Shown here: positions 38,566 to 54,238 of the stretch, piece by piece | How the letters are laid out: every line of letters starts with the position of its first letter | Numbering within the stretch: the first letter of the stretch is position 1 | Assembly: GCA_012295275.1 (NCBI GenBank) | Contig: CM022679.1 | Span: 29,822,001 to 29,886,000, forward strand | DNA: 64,000 bases | Direction: 5' to 3' | DNA from: Chrysomallon squamiferum | Taxonomy: Eukaryota; Animalia; Mollusca | Program-made: the position numbers and the translations under genes | Notes under the pieces: model-generated | Told to the model about the DNA's origin: nothing | Seen by the model: the letters and a program-made list of their open reading frames with translations, nothing else | The model's database searches: none

Positions 38566-39315
38566 TTATTTGAACAGTCCAAAGAGGAGTGAAACCAGTA
38601 AGAGAGTCACTGACGCAGTCACCATGGTGTCGTCTCATGAAATAATAATAATAATAATAATAACAAAAAGAAGAAGAAGAAGAAGAAGAAGACGAAAATG
38701 AGTAATATCGTATCAACATCAACAACAACAGCAAGTGAGAAAAGGTTGTCATCTTCCAATAATTGTATTAGGTTTGCAAAAGAGTGATTCGTAAACTGGC
38801 GAACAATAATTTGTAATATTCTGTGTTCAGACAATATTTATTATCTTTCACTTAGACAAATATAAAACTGTAAAGAGCAAAATGTGTAAACTGTAAAATT
38901 ATGTTATGAAAAACAGACACCCACAGAGACACATACATACACACAGCAACAACACAGTCTATGTTTATACTACGTTTTCAAGATATATAAATAATTATTA
39001 CCACAAAGAGCGGACATTTGTTTCTTAGCTGCGATGAAAGCGGCGTTTCCATAACAACCAGAGCTGTTAATACAGTCAACATATGCTGTAAATAGCGTAG
39101 GATTAAATATATATACACATAAGAATACAACAGTATCATCTTGAGTTTTAATAAATAAATAATAAAGATTTAAATTTTCGTTTTAAAAATGGCCTCCACT
39201 CACTGACACAGTATCGCGCTCTCCCCGGCTGAAGAAGGAAGATGATTTAGATATTTTGATGAACATTTTGCAAGTTCTGTTGTGTCACACTGATCAGTCA
39301 CCTCAATAGCGACAC
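38566..39315 (-). pseudogene. 6-Cys GPI-type protein, copy B (probable pseudogene)
   Basis: Exons 39315-39204, 39096-39002, 38633-38566 are open (DQCDTTELAKCSSKYLNHLPSSAGESAILCQLFTAYVDCINSSGCYGNAAFIAAKKQMSALC...). The exon-1 segment is deleted at ~39436 and the exon-3 acceptor reads AC instead of AG (39097-39098). Confidence 0.75.
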
Positions 39316-39401
39316 CTAGTGAGAGTAAAACATGTTTCTATTAGTAAACTCTGTAAATTCTCTCTCCCTTCCTACGTAATTAGTCTGATTTACTGGAAAC
39401 T

Positions 39402-39438
<37 letters not shown>

Positions 39439-40510
39439 AAGCGCGTTGTTGCGAAACTCCGTGACAAAACCAGGGCGTGTCTGTCGCATAAAAATGAGCC
39501 GGATACTCAAAGTTTTTAGATTAAAAAGGACGAACTAAAGGCTAGATCGAGTTTGTCTCGCTCAGTCTTTTATTTTTTATTTTTAACATAAAGAAACCTT
39601 TGTAAACATCTGTTCTTAACGCTCTATTTACCTTACTCGTATCATTAATTTAAGGTATTTAAATATCATGTTTTATCGATTGTATAATGTATTATTATCA
39701 CGTCCCCTTTATAATGATTATTAAATAAATAACTTGTACCTTAACTTGTGTTGTATTTATTAATCTAGTGGATAGATGGAATTATTGATTTATAGAGACT
39801 GCTGTCAGTTTACATTTATATTCCTTGTTAGGTGGCCATTAAAGCACATTTTTACGGTCGGCTGAGCCTTAATAAAACATCCAAGATGTTTTATGGCGTG
39901 GGCCCCGAAACAGTATACATTTATCTATGGATATTTATGTGTATACATGTATGTGTGCGTGCATTTGCGTGTGTGTGTGTGTGTATGTTTGTGTGTGTGT
40001 GTTTCTAAGATATCTTGTTTTCTGTCTGTGGTTGTATTTAACTAGACACCCAGATAAACAGTCTGACAGACAGACGATGTATCTAAACACATAAGTAAGT
40101 ATAAATAAAGACAAGTGAATGATTTATCAGTTTTATTGTATTTAACATCACAGTTAGCTACAAATCATCTCTCGTGATTATCTCCTGTTCATTTACACAG
40201 AAAATCCTTTATCGTAACTTTGTGTTAAATAACTAATTTTATAAAAAGAACGCTGTGTTTATAAATATCACAGTAACAGGATTTAAACAAGAACGATCTT
40301 ACAGATCAGTGTTCCACGTAGCCTGAGTATTTTCTTTGGGTGAAACAGCTCTAACGGGATTTTGTTTATATATCGCTTGTTCTTTGTGTGATGTACTCGG
40401 GCTATGTTCCGCATCGCAGACAAGGTTTTAGTTTAATTATTACACAGTATGTTCAGATTTTGTCGTTTGTAGAGGAATCTCTGAACCATGTTTCACTTCA
40501 CTTGTTAGAC

Positions 40511-40543
<33 letters not shown>

Positions 40544-40675
40544 TTTGTAAGATGATGTCCCATTTTTTTATATCAGCCGTAGACAGATGTTACAGCTGAG
40601 GTAGAAATAACATTCTATGAAACAACAGACTTTTACAGTTCTTTCTAAATCCGGGTCCGCAGAACTTCTTAAGAT

Positions 40676-43382
40676 TCACATGCAGCAATCGAAAAGAAGA
40701 AGTTTTTCTCTTAAAGGCACAGGCAGATGAATGAGTTGTCGAGCTTTATAACCCAGATCAGAAGGGGCGCTGTTACGCAGAAGATTTAAGACGATCACTC
40801 GAGAAGCACTGAACAAAGTGCGAGGATTTCTGCTCGTGTGATTCAGCCAGTCCAGACACTTGGGACTCTTTTCACTGAAAATTTCATCCCAGTTTCGAGA
40901 AATTCGCATCTGAAACAGTTCCGAGTTTGTGCACAGACCCGCTTCCCAGACAAGGGAGGCGATCTGCAGACTCTTTTGTGACGCTCGACTCTCCAGCGTT
41001 TCCAAAATCTCCGGCATGATCTCCAGGCAACCTGACGTCACTGTGCCAGCATGAACGAGAAGCAGCACGCATTCGCTGCTTCCGTTAGCAACGGCGTAGT
41101 GAACGGGCAGTTTGCCGTCCACGTCGTTCATGTTGGGGTCGGCGCCGTTGGTGAGAAGGTGTCTCAGACAGCCGACGTTGCCGAACGTCGCAGTTTCGTG
41201 TAGTGGTGTTTTGTCGTGTCTGTTAGGTACGTTCACGTTGCAGCCGTACTCGATCAGAACATCGACGACGAGGCCGTTGTTGTTTGAAGCTGCTATCATC
41301 AGGGGCGTACATCCCCAACCGTTCGGTGCTTCGCCGTCGCAGCCCACCTGCAGCAACATCTCAGCGACGACGGCGTTATTGTTTTTAGCAGCGTAATGAA
41401 GCGGAAGTTCTCTGTCGTGGTTCGAAATGTTGACGTCACATCCAGCTTCCAGTAACGTGGCGACGACGTCGGCATGGTTGTTCAACACCGCCAGCATCAA
41501 CGCCGTGTCGCCGTATTTGTCCCGAATTGACGTGTCTGTCCCCGCCGTCAGCAACATCCGCACCAACGTCTTGTTACCTCTCCAACTCGCCATCTGCAGT
41601 GCGGTCCTTCCGTAGTCACTGGTGGAATTTACATCAACGCACTGCTGAAGCAGGATGCTGGCAACAGTCACGTGATCATTGCACACAGCCAACATGAGTG
41701 CGTTGTCGTTGTCCACATCTGCCGCAGTGGCGTCGGCCCCACTTTCCAGCAACATCAGCACGCAGGCTGTGTTGCCGTTGATTGCTGCTCTCAGCAAGGC
41801 GACGTTCAGATCATCCTGGCTGACGTCTCCGAAGGCGCCGCTGAGAGCTTCTTTGAGCAAGACGACAGCATTTCGATTAGCGGCTTCAACCACAGGCGTC
41901 TTGAACCTGAAACAACGAGAAACATTTAAATTATGTTAGATTATCTTAAACCTGAAACAACGAGAAATATTCACATTATATTAGATTATCTTAAATCTAA
42001 AACAAAGAGAAATATTCACATTATATTAGATTATCATAAATCTAAAACAAAGAGAAATATTCACATTATATTAGATTATCTTAAATCTAAAACAAAGAGA
42101 AATATTCCCATTATGTTACTTTATCTTAAACCTGCAACAAAGAGAAACATCCACACTATGTTAGATTATCTTAAATCTAAAACAAAGAGAAACATTCACA
42201 TTATGTTAGATTATCTTAAATCTAAAACAAAGAGAAACATTCACATTATGTTAGACTATCTTAAATCTAAAACAAAGAGAAACATCCACATTATGTTACA
42301 TTATCTTAAACCTAAAACAACGTGAAACATTCACATTATGTTAGATTTTCTTGAACCTAAAACAAAGAGAAACATTCACATTATGTTAGATTTTCTTGAA
42401 CCTAAAACAACCAGAAACATTCACGTTATGTTACATTATCTTAAATCTAAAACAAAGAGAAACATTCACATTATGTTAGATTATCTTAAATCTAAAACAA
42501 AGAGAAACATCCACAATATGTTACATTATCTTAAACCGAAAACATCGAAATTTAAAGTTAAATATTGAAATCAAGTTGCATTTGTTTAAATTTTAACAAA
42601 TAACATTGAAATTATGTTGGATTGTCTTACAATTTAAACGACAAACATTCTAACTATGATGCATTGTCAAAAGAAAGAGATACATTCAAATTATGTTAGA
42701 TTATGTTAATGAAAGAGAAACATTCAAATTATGTTAGATTCAAACAAAAAATCATGTTGCATTGTCAAAACAAAGAGAAACATTAAAATTATGTTGCACT
42801 GTTTTATATTTAAACGAGAAACATTCAAATTACTTTACTAAAAAATTTAAACCTTAAATATTAATATTATGTTACATTGTCCTAAATCAAACAAGAAACA
42901 TTCTAGTTATGTTATAGTGTCACAAATTCAAACAAGAAACATTCTAGTTATGTTAGTGTCACAAATTTAAACAAGAAACATTCTAGTTATGTTATAGTGT
43001 CTCAAATTTAAACGAGTAACCCTGAAGTGGTATTATTTTATTTTATTTTATTTTTAATTATTATTATTATTTTGGAAGCGGGTTTCTTAGATCAAACTGT
43101 TGGAAATGGGAAAATTAAAATACGTTAACATTAATCATTAACCCAAATCCGAAATTAGTAATTAATATGGACTAATTAAATCATGTAAGGTAACAGATAT
43201 TTCAATACATTAACGTTGATGCTTTTCTTTTTATCTTTGTTTCATCTTTTTTCCAAATGGAGAAAATGAATATTGAATATTGAAGACAAAACATCTAACT
43301 AAGGAATTACGAAATAATCGTTCGCTAATGTCACGTATTTTGACCTAGATTCCAGTTTCTCTTATCTGCGTTCTACTTACAT
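40676..43382 (-). CDS. Ankyrin-repeat and SOCS-box protein (ASB-type), ~410 aa
   Basis: Main exon 41906-40676 has ~8 ankyrin repeats (GRTALQMAS, GDTALMLAV, LPLHYAA, GCTPLMIAA, KTPLHETA, GKLPVHYAV) and a C-terminal SOCS box (PRTLFSASRVIV...LIHLPVPLREKLL). The start codon is formed across the intron: caaaAT|gtaag at 43382-43381 joined to tttcag|G TTC AAG, giving MFKTPVVEAAN. Confidence 0.88.
41901..42545. repeat. 45-bp minisatellite (~14 copies) at the 3' end of the ASB intron
   Basis: Unit ttaaatctaaaacaaagagaaacattcacattatgttagattatc; more degenerate copies continue to ~43010. Confidence 0.95.
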
Positions 43383-44310
43383 TTTGAAAAACACGCTGAC
43401 TTCCTGAAGGAAAAACTGTCTTGAAATTCTTCAGAAGTATTCTCAAATCGACTGTCGCATGAAAGACAAAACGAACGTCTTCTACAGTTTCATTATCCAC
43501 AACGTTTTTGTTGATTCTGGCGAAACTGGACGAAAGTAAACTGAACGAATTTCGCAAGAAGCAGCTTCTTTGTAGAGAATGTAAACACTAAATGGCGCAG
43601 TTCGGATTCAAAAATAGCAACAGAGTAGACAAAAGTCAAATGTTGCCAAATATCAACATTCCTGGTAATCATTTTAGAACATGTATGGTCTATGGGAGGT
43701 AACTATAATTTTCAACATGTCGACAGAGTTATTTCCCGTGAAATCAACGAAATTGAGACGGCCGTTGATATTTTCTTTTCATTTTAAATTTAATAATCTT
43801 TGTTAACATTTCCAAAACTACTACAATATTAAGTACTACAAAAATTAAAGAAAGAAAATAAAAACAACAACAAACAAAAGTAACCAGAAGGCACAACAGC
43901 AAAAGACACAGCATTACCAATAGGAGCAGGATTATTACTAGATGTAATATTAGTGTTGGTGTTAATAGTCGTGTGATGGAAGGACAGTGACTGATGTAGT
44001 AGTCACGTTGTGGTTGTACTTATCACAGTAGAAGCAAGTTATGCTGATAATTCGAGTTCAGTTGAGTTGTACGTAAATTCTGAACGGGTAACGCACAAGA
44101 AGAAGAAGAAGAAAATAATAAGAAAATAAAACAAGAAAAGATGACGTCCCATTTTTACGTTATCAGCCGCAGACTGATGTTGCAGCTGAGACAGAAATAA
44201 CCTTTAGATTACGTTAATATTTGACGAGCAATATTTATACATGTTTACAATGTAACCGATTCGCTATTTGAAAGAGTAATATTGAAAGAAAGAAAAAATA
44301 ATAAATAAAA

Positions 44311-44357
<47 letters not shown>

Positions 44358-44556
44358 ATAATAATAATAATAATAACAATAATGATAATAATAGCAGTAT
44401 ATAAATAAATAAATATATAAAAACAAATATATGTATGTGTGTATGTAAGAATAGAAATATATGTGTTATGGTTGTAACGTTATTTTAAGAACAAATTATT
44501 ATAATATTAAACACACACACATAAATAAATAGCTAGCTGGATAGATAAATAGATAA

Positions 44557-44599
<43 letters not shown>

Positions 44600-45892
44600 A
44601 TAGCATTAAAAAATAATAATAATAAAATAAAAATAAAAACAAAAAGGTAAATATGTGTATATATGTGTGTGTTATACCTATTTGTGTATATGTATGTAAC
44701 TTAAAATATCAGCTTTTTCCTACAGAAGTTAGATTTGTCAGGTTTTGTTCAGTTGTAATTTGCTCTTTTACCTCAGCGGGATTAAACCTGATATCTGAAA
44801 ACAGTAACCGGTTATTTCTTTTATCATGCAATCCTACGTAATACAAAATCTGAATGAAATTAACTGTTTGATTTCTCAGCTTACAACTCTCAACAGCAAA
44901 AAATTACTGATTTTGTTGTTGCCTCCAAAAATGATATAACAAATCAAAACAATTCTTAAGTAACAACAATTTATTTATTTTTTTAAATGATGAAAAAAAA
45001 AACATTTTCAAAACGGCCTTTTAAGGTCTAAAGCAGTAGTAAAAACACTAAAGAAGCAACTTGGAACAATTACATATATATGTTTACGTATGTATGTAAG
45101 TGGCACGTAAATAACAAGTAATTTACCGAAGTTAAAACAGTTCCATCTCGGAAAATTATATTTTGGGTCAAGATAATGAAAATATAGAAATTAATATAGA
45201 AAGTCATAATATCATGCTTTATAGTGATCGCAGAATAAATACCTTCATAATTATCATTTATTTATAAGGTAAATTATTAAGTTTTATTTATATTACCTGT
45301 ATTTTATTTCACTTGTAAACAATGAATTTAAATTTTCTACGAAATTAACAACATGTTTATATTAACGTAATTCATAGATAATAGTTTAAACGAGTTTCAC
45401 ATGCAGGGCTTTGTTTAGGTATAAGGCAAACAAATAAAGTTTAGGCTATTCGCGGCTGAATTCAGTTCTTGTAGCGCCTTATTCTCGAAATCCACTTACG
45501 AAACTGTGTCTTTACTGCTTTATAAAATTTTATCCTTTTGCATTAAGAAAAAACAACCTTAAACATATGTTTTCTAACATTTTTATCGTAATTGTTTAGT
45601 TTAGTTCCACTTACTACGGTAACTTCCTTCTTCAAACTTTCATTCAGTTTACATTCGTAATTTAATACTTACCTGTTTTGGTTTTTCTACGACTTACGTT
45701 AAAAAATTAAATAAACTGCATGCCAGTTGTTAATAACGTAACATTTTGTATAATTCAGTCTCCTTATGCAGGTTCGATTCCGTCACTATTAATGTAAATG
45801 TCTACCAGTCCATTTATGACTTGCGTTCGTTATGTCTCGATGAATTCCGTATTATTTCATATATAGTATAAATTGTGTGTGTACGTGCGCGC

Positions 45893-45965
<73 letters not shown>

Positions 45966-46391
45966 GAAGGTGAAATATACACACATATTTTTGTTTTCTT
46001 TTTTCTCTTATTTTTCTTATACAAACGATCGGATGCTATAATTCCTTGTTTCGAAGATTCTTACCAGAGACCCACTAAGTTATTTCCCAATCCAACCTGT
46101 CAAGATCCACCGATACGTTATTAAAACTTTCGTTTGTACCGTTCTAAATAATTTAATATTTGTATTTCCATGACACAAAGAGGACCAACCTCGGTGTCAC
46201 CATGGCAAAGCATTAGCCTTAGTGCATGTTGTACCGGGTTTTCTTTTCGATATTGGCATCTTTAAAGTATTATAACATTAATATTCATCGAAAAAAGAGA
46301 GAAAAGAGATAAGGCCCAATGGATCGATAGATATATAGATAGAGATACAGACAGACAGAGAGGAGAAAAGGAAGAAAGTGAAAGAAACAGG

Positions 46392-46497
<106 letters not shown>

Positions 46498-46922
46498 TTT
46501 AAAAGTAGCAACAAATAATTTTGTGTTTCCACGTGCTTTTATTGAAACTTAATGTAGCTTTAAAAATAAATAACTTAGTAACAAATTTTGCATTTTTATT
46601 AATGAAATATAAAAAGGACATTTTATATGATTCTTGCAATAAATATCTAGGGTCACAAGACATAACTTTAATCATCATATTTTCTATTAACTTATCGTAA
46701 TTACTTTAATTAACAGATTATTATCATTAATTAGAAAAACGGTGTCTTTTTACTTTTCGTTGATCCTAACAAAAACGTTCATATTTTACATCGTTTAGAA
46801 GTAACCAATATATTTCTTCAGGAAACAAATCATTGATCATGTATCACTCTGAAAAAAAAAATTGCATTATTAATTATTACATTCTTAGAAGAAGAAGAAG
46901 AAGAAGAAAAAGAAGAGAGAGT

Positions 46923-47014
<92 letters not shown>

Positions 47015-47082
47015 TCAAAATATGAAGATATATCAATAGTTTATTCTGTTTTTCTGTATCGTTAATTACATAATAATAATAA

Positions 47083-47131
<49 letters not shown>

Positions 47132-47163
47132 TATTAACTATGAAGGATGTATGACCAAACTGT

Positions 47164-47315
47164 TTAACTATACAATGTAAACCTCGTTAATAGAGGGAGA
47201 CTTAAAGAGCCAAGTTTTGTACCTGAAAGCTGATTATTGAACAGTCCAAAGAAGAGTGAAACCAGTATGAGAGTCACTGACGTAGTCACCATGGTGCCGT
47301 CTCATGAAATAATAA

Positions 47316-47369
<54 letters not shown>

Positions 47370-48346
47370 TAATATCAACAACAATAGCAATAACAACAAC
47401 AGTAATATTAATAATAATAATAACAATAAGAGTAGTTGTAATAATAATAATAACCAGAAGAAGAAGAAGACGAAAACGAGGAATTTGTTATCAACAGCAA
47501 GAACAACAGCGGCGAGAAAAGGTTGTCATTTTCCAGTAACTCTATCAGATTTGTTAGAACGTGATTTGTAAATCTGCGAATAAAAATGTGTTATATGCTG
47601 TGGTGGTCACATAATATTTAATACACACACATGCGCGCATCCCCCCTCCCAGGTACACAAAGTACACTAAATGAAAATAAACAATAAACAATTAAAAGCA
47701 AAGCTAAAAACAACAACACTATCTTTATAATACGTTTTCAAGAAGCATAAATAATTATTACCACAATGATCGGAGATGTATTTCTTGGCTTCGCTTAATT
47801 TGTCTTTAAAGTAAACGTCTTCAGAACAACTAGTTTTGTGAACACAGTCGACACCCAATCTGTTTACTCTAGGATTATAAATACATACATTTCAGATGAA
47901 ATATTATATAAAATAAAAAATATAACTGTTCGTTATAAGAATAAAACACTATTATCTTGTGTTTTAATAAGTAAATAATAAAGTTTCAAATTTTCGTTCT
48001 AAAAATGGTCTCCACTCACCGACACTTTTCCTTGACATCCGTGACTGAAATATTCCAGTTTCCTACAGATCTCAGTATACATTTTATAGCTTCTCTTCTG
48101 TCACACTGATCAGTCACCACAGCAGCGACACCTAGTGAGAGAAAAACACGTTTCTATTAGTAAACTCATGTTCTCTCTCACTCCCTACGTAATTTGTCTG
48201 ATTTACTCGAAACTGTAATAATAATAATAATAATAATACTAACAATAATAATAATAATAATAATAATACAAATCAACATTAACACAATAAATTAATCTGT
48301 TACACTTACCAAATAAAAGGACTAATACCAACATTACAGTCTTCAT
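47164..48346 (-). CDS. 6-Cys protein, copy C, with a frameshift-extended C-terminus
   Basis: Exons 48346-48310, 48131-48020, 47868-47762, 47300-47164: MKTVMLVLVLLFGVAAVVTDQCDRREAIKCILRSVGNWNISVTDVKEKCRVNRLGVDCVHKTSCSEDVYFKDKLSEAKKYISDHCDGTMVTTSVTLILVSLFFGLFNNQLSGTKLGSLSLPLLTRFTLYS*. Confidence 0.75.
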
Positions 48347-50068
48347 GTTAGCAGCTAAGTGATCACCAACATACAAAAATGAACCCAGTCAGTCAGTCAG
48401 ATAAAAACGAATGTGAAAATCAAAGAGAGTTCTTGCGAAACTCCGTGACAAAGCCAGGGAGTGTCTGTCGCATAAAAATGAGCCGGATTCTCAAAGATTT
48501 TAAATTTGGTTGCCAAGGGACGAACTAAAGGGTAGAGCTAGCTGTTTCTCGTTTAAATTTAAAGCAATATAATATAATTAGAATAAAGGAATGCCGTATT
48601 GTTGTTTCATAGAATGTCTAACAAGTGAAGTGAAATACGGGACAGAGATTCCTCAACGATTGATACAAATCTGAAAATACAGATTGTTTTTTTTTTTTTT
48701 TTTTTTTACATACACACCTTTCTCATAAGTTTAAGGCTGTATTTAAAGAGGAAAATAAAGTAATAATTCCCTGCATACGAAATGTTTTTAATCAGAGTCA
48801 GATTTAGTAATGGCGAGATCTGTAGCTAAAGAAGGTTAGAAACGTAGAGGCATCAAATATACTCCCTCTTTTATTTATTTATTTTTTCGTTTTACTACTT
48901 ATGTGTATATTACGTATGTATATATGTGTGAATGTATTATGTATGTATGTATGTATGTGTCTAATTAAGCATGTGTCATGGAATGCAAATTGCGCAACAA
49001 ATTTTTCTTTCTAGGACGTCCGCATGTTTTGCTTTTGACGCCAGTTTTTCAAGTCCATGAGGTAATTATACAGAAAACTCGAGATCGCAGTCAGATGATT
49101 TTTGAAATACGTTTTCTTTACAGACGAGTATAGTAAGCGATTGTCTGTTTCATAGTGTGTAATGTGCAATTAACCTGTGTCAAAAACATTTAATATACCT
49201 AAAATTGTTAAGTGTTTAATCTCCCCTGAGTGCAGATTCTTATTTTGTCTTGGTTCCCCATATTACCTTAATCTATCATTAATCAAAGGTATTTAAATAC
49301 ATGTTTTATCGATTGTGTGACGTATTATTATCAAGTCTCCTTTATAATCATTATGAAATAATTAATTTGTACCTTAACTTGTCAGTTTACCTTTATATTC
49401 CTTGTTAGGTGGCCATTAAAGCAGATTTTTATCCTCGGCTGAGTCTTAATAAAACATTCAAGATGTTTCATCGTGTGGGCCCCGTGACAGTATACATGTA
49501 TGGTATGGATATTTATGTGCGTACATGTATGTGTATGTGTGTGTGTGTTTGTGTGTGTGTGTGTAAGATATGTTGTTTTCCGTCTATAACTGTATTTAAC
49601 TAGAAACCCAGATAAACAATCTGACAGACAGACGATGTATCTAAACACATAAGTAAGTATAAATAAAGACGCGTGAATGATTTATCAGTTTTATTGTATT
49701 TAACATCACAGTTAGCTACAAATCATCTCTCGTGATTATCTCCTGTTCATTTACACAGAAAATCGTTTGTCATCACTTTGTGTTAAATCACTAATTTTAT
49801 AAAAAGAACGCTATGTTTATAAATATCACAGTAACAGGATTTAAACAAGAACGATCTTACAGATCAGTGTTCCACGTAGCCTGAGTATTTTCTTTGGGTG
49901 AAACAGCTCTAACGGGATTTTGTTTATATATCGCTTGTTCTTTGTCTGATGTACTCGGGCTATGTTCCGCATCGCAGACAAGGTTTTAGTTTAATTCTTA
50001 CACAGTATGTTCAGATTTTGTCGTTTGTAGAGGAATCTCTGAACCATGTTTCACTTCACTTGTTAGAC

Positions 50069-50100
<32 letters not shown>

Positions 50101-50230
50101 GTAAGATGATGTCCCATTTTTACGTTATCAGCCGTAGACAGATGTTACAGCTGAGGTAGAAATAACATTCTATGAAACAACAGATTTCTACAGTTCTTTC
50201 TAAATCCGGGTCCGCAGAACTTCTTAAGAT

Positions 50231-50353
50231 TCACATGCAGCAGTCGAAAAGAAGAAGTTTTTCTCTTAAAGGCACAGGCAGATGAATGAGTTGTCGAACT
50301 TTATAATCCAGATCAGAGGGGGCGCTGTTACGCAGAAGATTTAAGACAATCAC
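50231..50353 (-). pseudogene. Truncated ASB copy (distal SOCS box and stop; 3' UTR continues leftward)
   Basis: Near-identical to 40676-40798; flanking sequence back to ~49600 matches 40050-40675. Confidence 0.85.
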
Positions 50354-51569
50354 GCACACACACAGCCACACACACACACACATTCGCACACACACCGACA
50401 CACATACACTCCTTATTTTTTGTGTGTGACTCTACATATTTTGGTGCGGATTGTAGTGCAGAAAAACCCTCCAAAAAACAAACACCAGAAAAACTAAAAC
50501 AAACAAACAAACAAACACCAGAAAAACTAAAACAAACAAACAAACAAAAACAAACAAACAAACTAACACCAGAAAAACTAAAACAAACAAACAAAAACAA
50601 ACAAAAATAAACAAACACAAGAAAAACTAAAACAAACAATAAAAAAAAAAAAAAAAAAAAACTAACACCAGAAAAACTAAAACAAACAAACAAAAACAAA
50701 GAAACAAAAACAAACAAACAAACAAACAAAACAATAACAACATTCCCCCAAAAGCACAACAAAAAATAAAATAAAAGGACTCACGTACATTTATATAATT
50801 AAATTTATTTACTGTAGAATTAAATAAAATATACAGTGAAAGATGGTAATTAATTATACTAAAAAGCACAAGAAGAAGAAAAAGACAGTAGTTATCATCA
50901 AGACTTTTAGTAATATTATATACATCTATTTCAGTTTGTACTAGTTCAGTCACTTGATACTACTGTCTAAACTGCTTTAACAGATTATATAATGTAAACT
51001 ATTTTAAATCAATGACACTTTGACTGAAATACAGACGTATATGGATGCAGAGCTACACAAATTAGAATGAAATGAATAAACAAATAAACAGCATTAAAAA
51101 ATAATAATAATAAAAAAAATGAAAGTAAGTACAAACACGCACACACACACTGACACACATACAGTCTTAAGATATCAGCTTTATCCTGAAGTGGGTAGAA
51201 TTGAAAGGCTTTGATGAGTTGTAATTTGCTCTTTGATCTCAGCAGGATTAAACCTGATATCTTAAAACAATAGCCAGTTATTTCTTTTATCCTGGTTAAT
51301 TACCATCTGTCACTGTATATTTAATTATGCAAATGTACATGAGTGTTTTTATTTTGGTTTTGTTTTTAGTTTTTTGTTCTGCGTTTTCTTTTTCTTTCTT
51401 TCTTTTCTTGTGTGCACTAAAATCTACATTAAAATATATAGTCACCCAAAAAATATACACGCACGCACACGGACATACAAGTATACACATAAATATCCAC
51501 AGATACGTGCATACTGTCACGGGGCCAACACCATAAAACACACACACACACGTACATTTATACACTTAC

Positions 51570-53670
<2,101 letters not shown>

Positions 53671-53798
53671 TTTTTTATTATTTATGATACTAATATCTAA
53701 ATAGATTTATTACACAATACAAACTATTGTAAGTCTATTAAAAGCAAAAGAAGAAAAAAACAGTATTGATTGTCATGAAAAATGTATTAAAGTATTAA

Positions 53799-53921
53799 AG
53801 CTGTTTAGATAGTAGTATCACGTGACTGAAGTAATACAGACTGAAATAGATATATATATATTATATATATCTATTTCAGTCTGTATTACTTCAGTCACGT
53901 GATACTACTATCTAAACAGCT
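53799..53921. repeat. Near-perfect ~123-bp palindrome
   Basis: Arms agctgtttagatagtagtatcacgtgactgaagtaatacagactgaaatagatatatata and its reverse complement around a short TA-rich centre. Confidence 0.95.
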
Positions 53922-54204
53922 ATTTTTAAGTCAGTGACACTTCGATTCAAATACTTATGTATAAGGATGCACAGCTAAAAAATAAAAAAATAAATAAAGA
54001 AATAGATAGATAGATAGATAGTTAAACAAATAGATAGAGAGACAGACAGACAGTAAATAAATAAATAGTAAAAATAATAATAATAATAAAAAAATTAAAA
54101 TAAATGAAATTATAATTTAAAAAATGAAAGCAAATATAAAAACACACACAATATATACGTGTGTGTGTGTGCGTGTGTTTGTGTGTGTTATATCTATCTT
54201 TGTA

Positions 54205-54238
<34 letters not shown>

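Noticed and set aside
40676-41906. Higher-GC, single-large-exon ankyrin ORF as possible bacterial or viral horizontal transfer
   Set aside because: It has a metazoan-type SOCS box and a spliceosomal first intron; composition alone is insufficient evidence.
41112-41939. Plus-strand ORFs overlapping the ankyrin gene
   Set aside because: Antisense shadows of a GC-rich coding exon.
41933-42568. ORFs with a 15-aa repeat (LDYLKSKTKRNIHIM)
   Set aside because: Translation of the 45-bp intronic minisatellite, antisense to the ASB gene; no independent coding evidence.
50328-50762. Hydrophobic 144-aa ORF and similar poly-L/I/Y/ER/SL ORFs across the window
   Set aside because: Translations of microsatellites and (aaac)n low-complexity sequence.
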